Of a stretch of 64,000 bases of DNA, positions 41,037 to 50,423 are shown one piece after another. How positions within the stretch are numbered: the stretch's first letter is position 1; every line of letters begins with the position of its first letter. The translations under genes and the position numbers were made by a program. The stretch lies in the IMG/VR virus record IMGVR_UViG_3300035210_000151. One strand, given 5' to 3'. Origin of the DNA: a virus (lineage: Duplodnaviria; Heunggongvirae; Uroviricota; Caudoviricetes). The notes below the pieces were generated by a model, which saw only the letters and a list, made by a program, of their open reading frames with translations, was not told the DNA's origin and ran no database searches.

Positions 41037-42578
41037 ATGGATATGAAAGCAGGTATGCTTGAACCAAGGAACATGTATAAGAATTATACACTCAGTCTTT
41101 ATTTAGCCATCACTCCGAAACGTTTGAACGTTACGGGTTTAAATTGTATTGATACTTTGACAGGTATGATTGATAAAGAAGGGGTTTCATCACTTACTGA
41201 TATGCTGGTTAAATTGTATAGCCAACCTGTCAGTCAAAAAATAAAGTCCATTTATGGTGTGGGTCATTATAAAACTTATTTTGATCTTTATGATTTCGCC
41301 ATAAAATCACATAAACACATTCATTTGAACCTTATTGAATTTCTTAAAGAAGAGGGGAAACGTGAATTTTATTATGCCTTGAAGAATGTCAACGAATCCA
41401 TGAACTATAAAGAAGGTGCATTATTTAGCCAACTTTCACTTCTTCACAAAAATAAGCTAACACGGGAAGAATTTTTAATCTGGACGCAAGAAGTTGTTGA
41501 CCGAGAAGCTAAAAATAGACTGCAAAAAGACCTTATTACACGAAGACTTGTACAAGCAGAAGCAAACCATGCCCAAGTTATAAAATCGACCACTGTTTCA
41601 GTCATTATTCCAGTACCTTCTTTTGAACCAAAAAGTTCAAGCTTTAACGATGGTGCTGTGGATGTGAACATTTTAAAAGAACGCAATGAAGCTAGAGCAA
41701 AATTTACATCAATGTTTGCCCCCTACAAAGGTGGTATAGATTTGGTATTAGGATATCAAGAAAAAGGCTTTTTTCAAAAGAAACACAATTGTTTAAATTT
41801 AAATATACACAATAGTCAAGAAGGTATTATTATTGCTGGGGAAGATTCTGGCCCGAAAGAACTGCTACGTTCCTATATCTATCAGTCCATCAGTCAATCT
41901 AGTGGATTATTACTCTTTTCGGCTCTCTCTGATAAGTCTACTTTGACCTATGTGTTTCAGGTAGCTAAACATTTTGATATTGTGGACGATGTGCATGTAT
42001 TCTATTATGGTTCTGATGAGTTATCCACATTGACCATCAATGATTATATTAAATCCAATAAAATTGTATTAATTTTGTATCCAGAATTTCTAGGCACTAC
42101 CAGTAATGAAGAAAATCTTATTAAATGCTATCAAAGTATTAATTCTATTATTTCTAATGTGAGCGTCAGTAATATTAATAAAGGTGCCACAAAGTTTCCA
42201 TTCAATATTTATTTCAATGAACTTTCATTTCCAACTTATATAGGAGAAGAACTTAGAAAATTGATAGCGAACTTATCATGTTTGCATATACACAATGTTA
42301 ACTATTACATTGTTAATGAAAGCTTAACATTACTCTATTCTGAATTTAGTCCAGATATTTTTAATCATATCAAGAATGTCATTATTCTTAATAATGAATC
42401 TGGTAAAGAAATCTGTCAATATTTCGACACTCAAAAATTAAAACCTGCTGACTTTTCAGCATTAGAACCGCTAGAATTTTATTATTTCTCTGAAAATGTT
42501 TTGGTTAATTCTCGTAAATTCAATGGGATTTATATGCCAATTGATATTGATGTAAATCTCGATGATCACCTAAATTAG
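41037..42578 (+). CDS. degenerate DotL/IcmO/TrbC-like coupling-protein ATPase homolog lacking the all-alpha domain
   Basis: IIIAGEDSGPKE (decayed Walker A), QSSGLLLF, DDVHVFYY, NKIVLILYP, PFNIYFNE (decayed Walker B). Confidence 0.6.
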   Translation: MDMKAGMLEPRNMYKNYTLSLYLAITPKRLNVTGLNCIDTLTGMIDKEGVSSLTDMLVKLYSQPVSQKIKSIYGVGHYKTYFDLYDFAIKSHKHIHLNLIEFLKEEGKREFYYALKNVNESMNYKEGALFSQLSLLHKNKLTREEFLIWTQEVVDREAKNRLQKDLITRRLVQAEANHAQVIKSTTVSVIIPVPSFEPKSSSFNDGAVDVNILKERNEARAKFTSMFAPYKGGIDLVLGYQEKGFFQKKHNCLNLNIHNSQEGIIIAGEDSGPKELLRSYIYQSISQSSGLLLFSALSDKSTLTYVFQVAKHFDIVDDVHVFYYGSDELSTLTINDYIKSNKIVLILYPEFLGTTSNEENLIKCYQSINSIISNVSVSNINKGATKFPFNIYFNELSFPTYIGEELRKLIANLSCLHIHNVNYYIVNESLTLLYSEFSPDIFNHIKNVIILNNESGKEICQYFDTQKLKPADFSALEPLEFYYFSENVLVNSRKFNGIYMPIDIDVNLDDHLN

Positions 42579-42651
42579 CCTTTATTTTGTTGCTTTTGCA
42601 GGTGCGATCTGTTAATATGAACAATAAATCGACATTGAGGAATATTGCACC

Positions 42652-43101
42652 ATGCTAAAAAAAATGAAAACCTACCAATTTTTCTTTATCGCTATCATGC
42701 TTGTTATTTGGTCAGCGTTTTCATATACAGCAAATGCTAATAAATATTTCGAAGGCGATTATCATGATTCAACCGTTATAGAAGCCATTTTTGACCCTAA
42801 TGAACAAACAAACCATATGGGTACGTTTACCTTTAAAGACAGTGATGTCGTCATCATTAAGCCTATTGGAAAAGATGTGTTCACTGCTTTCCATAGCAAT
42901 GGTCAAGAACCGCTTGAAGTTTCTTTGTTGATTTCTGAGCAAGAATTACAGATTAAACCAAGTGAAATGATTGTTATTTCTAAATATGTTGGTATTGGTG
43001 CTGCTTTTATTGCTATGCTTTGCTTTATGATTATGATTTTCAGTAGAAACAAAAAAGAAACACCCGAAGAAAAACGTCAAAAACTTAAATCCCGCGTTTA
43101 A
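42652..43101 (+). CDS. membrane protein (N- and C-terminal TM)
   Basis: GAGG RBS; hydrophobic termini. Confidence 0.75.
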   Translation: MLKKMKTYQFFFIAIMLVIWSAFSYTANANKYFEGDYHDSTVIEAIFDPNEQTNHMGTFTFKDSDVVIIKPIGKDVFTAFHSNGQEPLEVSLLISEQELQIKPSEMIVISKYVGIGAAFIAMLCFMIMIFSRNKKETPEEKRQKLKSRV

Positions 43102-43115
43102 ATAGGAGTATTATT

Positions 43116-43346
43116 ATGGTTATGCCTTGCTGCACTCATTGTTACGAAAAATACATTAACGAAGATGGCACTCCTGATCAAGAAGCCATTGAAAAACTTG
43201 AAGCCAAAGATGTTCAAGATCTTAAAGAACACATCATCAAGACCGTTAACGATCCTGATTATGATGCTCGTAAACCTTTGCCACGTTGGCAACCTGTTCG
43301 TTGCACCTGTATCTGCCATACGAAAGGTTTAGTTATTCAACACTAA
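43116..43346 (+). CDS. small Cys/His-rich, possibly Zn-binding protein
   Basis: CCTHC ... CTCICH; AGGAG RBS. Confidence 0.7.
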   Translation: MVMPCCTHCYEKYINEDGTPDQEAIEKLEAKDVQDLKEHIIKTVNDPDYDARKPLPRWQPVRCTCICHTKGLVIQH

Positions 43347-43364
43347 TCAAACCATGTTTATAAT

Positions 43365-43389
43365 AAAGCCTCTTCGTTGAGGCTTTTTT
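43365..43389. terminator. intrinsic terminator (probably bidirectional)
   Basis: AAAGCCTC-TTCGTT-GAGGCTTTTTT. Confidence 0.75.
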
Positions 43390-43393
43390 ATGT

Positions 43394-44194
43394 TTAAATT
43401 TTAATCATTTCTAATAAAAGAAGATAATCTTCGTTATAATCGACTTTTTCTTCATTTAGCCATTTTTTCACTGCAGCTTGGTATCTGTCTAAAAAACGTT
43501 CAGTAAGCGATTTTTTTAAGCATTCTGGATTGGTCACGTCTTCATTGGCTCCATTTTCTGTTTTAGTCAGATAAATCATTGTTTTTTCTTTGTTATGCAA
43601 TATGGATACTGTCATTTTAAAAAGACCTTTCATGGGAAATTCTAAGGTGTGACAAGGCAGAATGGTCAGATCATCAGCCATATAATAATGTTCGCTCAAA
43701 TAAAGCTGTCCATTAATAGATTTACTACGTCCAGTGGTCATTTTACCCACAAGTCCATATTTTAAACCTACTTCAATCTTATCTTGAAGTCTATTCGGAT
43801 TATCTAACCATTTTTCTAATTTTTGGGATGTCTTCTGCATGTTATGATGGTCATAATACTTGTAATAATGAGCGATTTCATACACTGTCTTAAAAGTGTC
43901 TAGAACGAGTTTTTTATTGATAGGTGCTTTATTAAATTTATCAAACAAAACTACTTGTTCTTCTACTGTCCCACCTAATAACATTACCAAACTATCTTCC
44001 CTATCAATGTGAAGGCTTGCTGATGATGGATTGCCTTTAAATTTATTAGGCTTAATGCTGTAGCTGGCAGATGTATAATAGTTATATAGCTCTTGAAATT
44101 CTTCATCTTCTTCTGTCAGCATATAATTGCTAAGATTACTTTTCACGAATTTAAGTAAATCTATTTTTTTAATATTGCACTCGAAATACTTCAT
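43394..44194 (-). CDS. hypothetical protein, MxxI motif; paralog of 38578-39366
   Basis: PNKFKGN; ends NEDYLLLLEMIKI. Confidence 0.8.
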   Translation of the reverse strand: MKYFECNIKKIDLLKFVKSNLSNYMLTEEDEEFQELYNYYTSASYSIKPNKFKGNPSSASLHIDREDSLVMLLGGTVEEQVVLFDKFNKAPINKKLVLDTFKTVYEIAHYYKYYDHHNMQKTSQKLEKWLDNPNRLQDKIEVGLKYGLVGKMTTGRSKSINGQLYLSEHYYMADDLTILPCHTLEFPMKGLFKMTVSILHNKEKTMIYLTKTENGANEDVTNPECLKKSLTERFLDRYQAAVKKWLNEEKVDYNEDYLLLLEMIKI

Positions 44195-44357
44195 GATAAG
44201 TCCTCTTTAAGTTTATTCATTATTAACCAAAAATAGAATAACTCAATATTTAATGTCCACTTCAATTAAAACACCTAATTCATCTTTTTTTAGTAAAAAA
44301 CTTTAAAAGTAAAATAAAATGTGTTAAACTGATCTATCTTAAATCATGGAGATAATT

Positions 44358-45530
44358 ATGAATATCGTATTTGCCGACCATCCCGTTCCAAAAAACATTA
44401 CAAAGTCACTTTTCCTTGCTGGCCCTTCGCCTCGGGAGATTGGGATACTGGATTGGCGACATGAAGCTATTGATTATCTCAAAAGCATCAACTTCCAAGG
44501 CACCATCTTTGTTCCTATTCCAGAAAAACGCTTCTATGGCTCTACTGACTTGCCTAATTGGAACTATCATACTCAGGTAGAATGGGAATGTTTGTGCCGT
44601 GATATTTCTGACACTATTGTCTTTTGGGTTCCACGAAGTATCGAAGGTAAAATGCCCGGTTTCGTGACCAATATTGAATTCGGTGAAGACCTTGCCACAG
44701 GTAAAGTCGTCTATGGCCGTCCACCAGAAGCCGAAAAATGTAAATACCTTGATAAACGTATGACTGATAAAGGTTATCCTGTCTTTGAAACCTTGTCTGC
44801 AACACTTGATCATGTGGCTAAAACGCTGGGTGATGGTTCGTTCCGTAAAGATGGTGAAGTCCATGTCCCATTGTTCATTTGGAAATCAGACCAATTTCAA
44901 AATTGGTATGCTAATTTGCTGGCTGCTGGTAATACGTTGGAGTCAGCTCGTGTCCACAGTCAGGTCACTGTGGGTGATAACCATCTATTTGCGTATGTAT
45001 TGGCCGTTAAGATTTGGGTCGCCAGTGAACGTAGATTGAAAAGCAATGAATTTGTATTCTCACGAAAAGACAGTATCAATGTGTGTATGTATTATAAAGA
45101 CATTGATGACACTAAAATTGTGTTGGTTAAAGAATTCCGTAGCACTGTTAATAACATGGAAGGGTTTGTGTATGAGCTACCCGGTGGAAGCTCTTTCAAT
45201 CCAGAAAAAAATATTGTGTCTATTGTCAAAGATGAACTCCATGAAGAAGTGGGTTTTACACTGGATGATGATACTCGTTTAGTCCATGTAGATACTCGAC
45301 AAGTGGCGGCTACTTTTGCGACTCATCAAGTGCATCTTTATAAAATTGAATTAAATAAATCTGAATATGATTCGATTGTTGCCAAAAAAGATCAGAAGTT
45401 TGGCAACATTGAAGATAGTGAAGTCATCAGTATTGAAGTGGTCAACCTTAAAGAACTCTTTAACAAGTTGGTAGACTTTTCAGTTATCGGAATGATTTTT
45501 TCAAGTATTTTGGAAAATCATAATTCTTAA
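44358..45530 (+). CDS. nucleoside 2-deoxyribosyltransferase-like domain fused to NUDIX hydrolase
   Basis: LFLAGP, QVEWE, IVFWVPR, TNIEFG; Nudix box ELPGG...ELHEEVG. Confidence 0.85.
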   Translation: MNIVFADHPVPKNITKSLFLAGPSPREIGILDWRHEAIDYLKSINFQGTIFVPIPEKRFYGSTDLPNWNYHTQVEWECLCRDISDTIVFWVPRSIEGKMPGFVTNIEFGEDLATGKVVYGRPPEAEKCKYLDKRMTDKGYPVFETLSATLDHVAKTLGDGSFRKDGEVHVPLFIWKSDQFQNWYANLLAAGNTLESARVHSQVTVGDNHLFAYVLAVKIWVASERRLKSNEFVFSRKDSINVCMYYKDIDDTKIVLVKEFRSTVNNMEGFVYELPGGSSFNPEKNIVSIVKDELHEEVGFTLDDDTRLVHVDTRQVAATFATHQVHLYKIELNKSEYDSIVAKKDQKFGNIEDSEVISIEVVNLKELFNKLVDFSVIGMIFSSILENHNS

Positions 45531-45639
45531 ATTATCTTAACGATTAAAGAGCCTTGCCATGCAAGGTTTCTTTTTTTGGCGATATTGATATTTATTTTAA
45601 GAGTGATAAGATATCATTGTTTAAATATGAGGATACTCT

Positions 45640-46320
45640 ATGAAAAAGTCTTTAAGTCTATCAATTGCTGCACTTTCACTTGCTTTATTTTCTGGGCTGG
45701 CTACTGCAGCCTACCCAGCAGGTCCAGACGTTCCCGCTGTTAATAATAAACCTGTTGATCCCACTGTTTGTTTTGAAGATAAAGTAGTTAAAAAAGTGGT
45801 TCCTGCCAATTTGTCTAGTTTTGGTGGATATGCTGTTGATGTTCAGTATGTGAATATTGTACCTAACAACAATTGTCATGTGATGATCAATGATGCAGCT
45901 ATGACACAATTATTTAGCACAGGTAATGTAAGCACCGCATTTTCTTCATTAGGTTCTCAGACTCTCTATGGTAGCTATACTGTGATGGGCGTACCAAGAA
46001 ATGAGAACAATATTCTTTACAAAACTGAATCTAATCACATTATTACTAATAAAAAAGCTGGTGACCCTTCTGATATTTTACGTTTTGAAATGCTTGGCAA
46101 TGATCCAAGGCTAGATACCCGTGATTTCAATATTGTGCTTCGAATGAAAACCTTTACTGGTAAATTAGACCCATATAACAAGCCTATTGTCGATTCATTT
46201 ACTTTTAATGTGTCTGAAACATTCAAAGTAGGTTATCGCAATCATTTCTTATTCAGTAAAAATAATCAACTTATTTATGTGAACGTTTATCCGTTGAAAT
46301 ACCCTATACCGAAAAGATAA
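45640..46320 (+). CDS. exported hypothetical protein
   Basis: Signal peptide MKKSLSL...ATA. Confidence 0.8.
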   Translation: MKKSLSLSIAALSLALFSGLATAAYPAGPDVPAVNNKPVDPTVCFEDKVVKKVVPANLSSFGGYAVDVQYVNIVPNNNCHVMINDAAMTQLFSTGNVSTAFSSLGSQTLYGSYTVMGVPRNENNILYKTESNHIITNKKAGDPSDILRFEMLGNDPRLDTRDFNIVLRMKTFTGKLDPYNKPIVDSFTFNVSETFKVGYRNHFLFSKNNQLIYVNVYPLKYPIPKR

Positions 46321-46341
46321 TTAATCATAAGGAGAATTATT

Positions 46342-46575
46342 ATGAAATACGGCGTTATTTACAATGTATCCATTCATCATGAAGGTGATGAACGAAGTCG
46401 AACAAATCCCGGCCACGGTTATCCAGCTTACACTGAGAATGTGGAAACCTTTAAGTCATTTGAAACTGATGAACTATTAAAGCAGTGGATTGCTAAAAAC
46501 AAAGATAAAACTTATAAAGCTATTCGTTATGAAGAATTAAAAGTAACACTTAAACTCGATGTTGATTTGAGTTAA
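46342..46575 (+). CDS. small hypothetical protein
   Basis: AAGGAG RBS; EGDERSRTNPGHGYP motif. Confidence 0.75.
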   Translation: MKYGVIYNVSIHHEGDERSRTNPGHGYPAYTENVETFKSFETDELLKQWIAKNKDKTYKAIRYEELKVTLKLDVDLS

Positions 46576-46618
46576 TGAAGCAAAACAAAACGAAGCTGCT
46601 CAATTGAGTGGCTTTTTT

Positions 46619-46647
46619 TTGACTATTTTTTAATCATGTGCTATAAT
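46619..46647 (+). promoter_or_regulatory. sigma70-type promoter
   Basis: TTGACT-17-TATAAT with TG extension. Confidence 0.75.
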
Positions 46648-46681
46648 ATCGCATCTTTTACAAAGCAATGAGGCTTAAATA

Positions 46682-47653
46682 ATGAAAAAATTTAGAAGTA
46701 TTGATGGTCTTTCTAAAATCTTCACGATGTTGCGTGCTAACGCAGATTATAAGGGTATTCCACATTCTGAATTGCCTACTCTGAATTTCACAGGTACTGT
46801 AAAAATTCATGGCACCAATGCCGGTATGATTATTGAATCAGCGGACGCCACAACTGTGACAGCACAAGGACGAGATAAAATAGTGACCTTCGATCACGAT
46901 AATGCCGGTTTTGCGGCTTATTGCATGTCATTGACACCAAAGGTCATCCAAGAGATGTATAAAGCCCTTAATCCATCAGGAAAAGGTGTTTTGACTGTTT
47001 TTGGCGAATGGGCCGGTGAAGGCGTTCAGAATAGTGCAGCAGTGGGTAAAGTGCAGAAGCATTTTATTATTTTTGCAGCTCATGTTGATTCTCAATACAT
47101 TACGCTTAATCGTGAGTATCACAACCATGATTACCGTATCTATAACGTATATGAAGTCCCTACTTACAATATTGACATCAACTTTGCTAATCCCGGTAAC
47201 ATCGAAGAAGTGTTGACTGAACTTACTTTGGCTGTTGAAGCTGAATGTCCTTGGGCCTTGCAGTTTGGTGTTTCTGGTATTGGTGAAGGTATTGTTTGGC
47301 ATTTGACCGATGATCCGACTAACTCAGGTTACATTTTTAAAACGAAAGGGCCAAAACACTCTGTTCGTAAAAACCCATCTGCAAAAGCGGCTACTGTTGA
47401 TGTAGAAAAGGTAAACTCGATTCATGAGTGCGTTGATATTATGTTGACTGAAAATCGCATGAAGCAAATGATTAAAGATCACAACATTGAAGTTATTCCA
47501 GAAAACTTCGGTGTGTTCTTGAAGTATGTCTCTATGGATTGTTTGAAAGAAGAGTCGGCTTTGCTGGTTGAGAACAATCTCCTTTGGAAAGATGTCACTA
47601 AATCATTGGCAGTTCGTTGTCGTGAATGGTATTTCAAGAATTTTGAAATTTGA
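46682..47653 (+). CDS. RNA ligase, Rnl2-like family
   Basis: Motif I KIHGTN, FGEW, GEGIVW, FKTKG. Confidence 0.85.
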   Translation: MKKFRSIDGLSKIFTMLRANADYKGIPHSELPTLNFTGTVKIHGTNAGMIIESADATTVTAQGRDKIVTFDHDNAGFAAYCMSLTPKVIQEMYKALNPSGKGVLTVFGEWAGEGVQNSAAVGKVQKHFIIFAAHVDSQYITLNREYHNHDYRIYNVYEVPTYNIDINFANPGNIEEVLTELTLAVEAECPWALQFGVSGIGEGIVWHLTDDPTNSGYIFKTKGPKHSVRKNPSAKAATVDVEKVNSIHECVDIMLTENRMKQMIKDHNIEVIPENFGVFLKYVSMDCLKEESALLVENNLLWKDVTKSLAVRCREWYFKNFEI

Positions 47654-47667
47654 TTTTCTTGATTTGT

Positions 47668-47774
47668 AATTTTCCGTTTTATACCCTTTAATATATTGAC
47701 ACTTATGGTCATTGAGAATTTTACATACAAAAATCCGTTATATTCTGTGATTATTCTCAATTTTCCGTTTTATA
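47668..47774. repeat. 16-bp direct repeat in AT-rich intergenic region
   Basis: AATTTTCCGTTTTATA at 47668-47683 and 47759-47774; CCGTT also at 47735 and 47843. Confidence 0.6.
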
Positions 47775-47980
47775 ATACAAACCAAAGCAAATTATTGTTG
47801 TAAATATCTTAAAATATATAGTGTTAATTATGATGTAAAAACCCGTTATTAAAAATATAAGTAATAAAATTTTATTATCTGTTTATTGTATTAAATTCAA
47901 TAAGTTATTCAAAAATACTTTTATTTTTAAAATCATCATGTTATAATTATTCATCATTTATAAAAAAGAGGATAAAACAT

Positions 47981-48358
47981 ATGGATTGGTTGGTAACAAA
48001 AGGCTTTAAGCATGACAAAAAATCAGATACATTTGTTGAAGATTTAGAAAGTTCAATTATTGGATTATCTGAATTGTCTGGCGATGGTGCGTATGTAGTT
48101 GCAGGCAAGATTGATAAAGAAGCTATTCAGCGAGCAATTGAAAATCAATGTTATCCATACATCTTTAAAGTATTTAATTCAGACGATGATTTGATTGTAG
48201 AGGGGATTTGTGAAGGTATCTCGCCAGCTCCATTACTGTCAATCAACCGTGAGCTTTATGATTTTGATATTGAATACATTCAGTTTATTGAAGATGGTCA
48301 AGTGGTTGATGTTTTGTTGATCGAAGATGAGTTCGATATGTCGATGGAAGAAGATTAA
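47981..48358 (+). CDS. acidic hypothetical protein
   Basis: GAGGA RBS; 125 aa. Confidence 0.75.
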   Translation: MDWLVTKGFKHDKKSDTFVEDLESSIIGLSELSGDGAYVVAGKIDKEAIQRAIENQCYPYIFKVFNSDDDLIVEGICEGISPAPLLSINRELYDFDIEYIQFIEDGQVVDVLLIEDEFDMSMEED

Positions 48359-48400
48359 TCAATAGTTCTTGTTAATGATTTTCGATTGAATACAATCTTC

Positions 48401-48470
48401 TTGATGTCTTAACCGTTTTAGAGTATAATGTAGGCTCAGCTATAAAGCACTGCAGATACTTAAAAACGGT
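48401..48470 (+). promoter_or_regulatory. promoter overlapped by long inverted repeat
   Basis: TTGATG-17-TATAAT; arms 48412-48426 and 48456-48470 (13/15 match). Confidence 0.5.
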
Positions 48471-48532
48471 AAAAAACACCTTATTTAAATCGTTAATGCC
48501 GTTAATCAAACAAAACTATTGAGGTGACTCGA

Positions 48533-48751
48533 ATGGACGATAAAACAGCTAAAAAACTGGTTATGGAGCGGAAGAAGCTTCGTGCAGAGAGTAAAAAACT
48601 GGGTGATAAGCTTTGGAAGACTAACCTTTGTTCACCAGAAGCGGATCGGTATAGAGCACGATTGAAAGAAATTGATGCTATCTTTGCCGAAAAAGGCAAT
48701 CTGTTTCAAGCAGGGTTTGCTCATTTACTTGTCGCTCAGCCACAATCGTAA
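48533..48751 (+). CDS. small basic helical protein
   Basis: GAGGTG RBS before ATG at 48533. Confidence 0.7.
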   Translation: MDDKTAKKLVMERKKLRAESKKLGDKLWKTNLCSPEADRYRARLKEIDAIFAEKGNLFQAGFAHLLVAQPQS

Positions 48752-48822
48752 CGTCTTTTAGTTATAAACAAAAACACCACAGATGTGGTGTTTTTTATTG
48801 TCATTAAATTTAATTTTTTTGA

Positions 48823-49119
48823 CTATCTTTCAAGAGTTACAATGGTAAACTTATCACCGATTTGCTTTTCCAAACAAACCTTTGCCATGTTGACCAGATA
48901 ATCGTAAGCAATGTTCGATTCGTTTGAGGGTTCTTCATCGGATGGTTCCCAATCATGTACATACACAATAGCTTTCAATAATACAATGGTGTGCGGTAAT
49001 ATACCGATTTCCAACAGTTGTTCTTCTGTGCCATTCAAAATGTCATGATCATGATCATTCCATAATGCAAAACCACAACAATAATCTCCGAAGATCCTTA
49101 ATACTGGTTTTTCATTCAT
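48823..49119 (-). CDS. hypothetical protein
   Basis: GAGGA RBS; 98 aa. Confidence 0.7.
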   Translation of the reverse strand: MNEKPVLRIFGDYCCGFALWNDHDHDILNGTEEQLLEIGILPHTIVLLKAIVYVHDWEPSDEEPSNESNIAYDYLVNMAKVCLEKQIGDKFTIVTLER

Positions 49120-49178
49120 CTAAGCTTTCCTCAATAGTTTTAAGGCTACGAATAGCCTTATTTTAAATGTGTATATTG

Positions 49179-49691
49179 TTAGTTATCGTTATGATGGTTG
49201 CTGTGATGATCATGAGAGCTATCATGCCCACCACTATTGCTTGAATCATCAGAAGCCGCATATACAAAGTCACTGTATACATTGCCATCTTTATCCCTTT
49301 TTGCATTACCACCTTGACGATGTTTTGGATCAATGTATTGTGCCATTTTTTGACGCTCATTGTAAATCATTGTATGAAACTCATTTCTTTTTTCTAGAAA
49401 ATTGACACATTTTCTGAGGTGTCTTAAAAGACCACTATCACCTGCCACATCAAATTTATCTGCTGAAAACTTGACTTTCTCTGTAAGTCTATCATAGGTG
49501 ATGGTCAGTTCTTCTTCAAAAGGTGAAAAAATGTATTGATCTTTTGATGGTAAGACCAGTGTTAATACATTATCGTCTAATGTATAGTTAAATGTCAGGT
49601 TTGGATAGATGTTCATACCATAATCAATTCTTAGGATATTCAGGATATGGTTTAATATGTGTTTTTTCTTGAAATAATTAAACATGAGCAT
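49179..49691 (-). CDS. hypothetical protein with Ser/His/Asp-rich tail
   Basis: AGGAG RBS; low-complexity C-terminus. Confidence 0.7.
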   Translation of the reverse strand: MLMFNYFKKKHILNHILNILRIDYGMNIYPNLTFNYTLDDNVLTLVLPSKDQYIFSPFEEELTITYDRLTEKVKFSADKFDVAGDSGLLRHLRKCVNFLEKRNEFHTMIYNERQKMAQYIDPKHRQGGNAKRDKDGNVYSDFVYAASDDSSNSGGHDSSHDHHSNHHNDN

Positions 49692-49747
49692 TAACTCCTA
49701 TAATTTTCTCGATTATAGCATAAAACTATACAAAAAACACCTTAAAT

Positions 49748-50356
49748 TTAACTTAATAAAAAATGAGCAGCTTGTGTATTTTCTTTATTGATTTCTTTAA
49801 CATGGGAAGCATAAGAAATTAGGTTTACTAATTCATGAAATTCAACATTATCAATTTGGACTCCATTGATTCTAAATGTGTTTTTCGTAAATTCATTTCT
49901 TTTTTCTATTAGTATTATTATATCTTCAAATTCCACAGTTAAATAAGATCCAGTTTGATCTTTTCTTAATTTATATTTTCTATCAAGCTTAAAATCACAT
50001 TTGTCCTCTATATCTTTCTCACTTGTTATTTTAATACGATGTAGGCTCATTATTATAAATTCATGGTGTATCTCTGTATCTGCAGCTTGGTTTATTCCTA
50101 ATGAGCCATCAAAACCGGGTAAACAATGTAGGTATTCTTTAAGTTTTAAAGCCTCTTTATTATTATCTGCAAAATTTATTAGACCTTTTAAATTAGAATC
50201 TGCTGGTAATTTGTCTTCATCTGCTAATTCACACATTGCAACCAATAATATTATAGCTCTTCTAACCCACAGATCATCTGGTTCATTATAGTCTATACCA
50301 GAGAAGTCATAAATATTGAAAAGATTTTTTATTTTTATATATTCATTGTATACCAT
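49748..50356 (-). CDS. DotL all-alpha-domain-like family protein, copy 5
   Basis: DLWVRRAI, LKEYLHCLPGF, HHEFIIMSL; GAGGA RBS supports start at 50356. Confidence 0.65.
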   Translation of the reverse strand: MVYNEYIKIKNLFNIYDFSGIDYNEPDDLWVRRAIILLVAMCELADEDKLPADSNLKGLINFADNNKEALKLKEYLHCLPGFDGSLGINQAADTEIHHEFIIMSLHRIKITSEKDIEDKCDFKLDRKYKLRKDQTGSYLTVEFEDIIILIEKRNEFTKNTFRINGVQIDNVEFHELVNLISYASHVKEINKENTQAAHFLLS

Positions 50357-50423
50357 AGTATTAATATCCTCTTTTTTAAGCATACTAGCATTCAAAGAAT
50401 AATTAGCAATATGGATTATGATA

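Noticed and set aside
18724-42578. Calling the DotL-like ORFs functional coupling proteins or pseudogenes
   Set aside because: Walker motifs and TM anchor are absent, so they are not functional T4CPs; reading frames are long and intact, so not evident pseudogenes.
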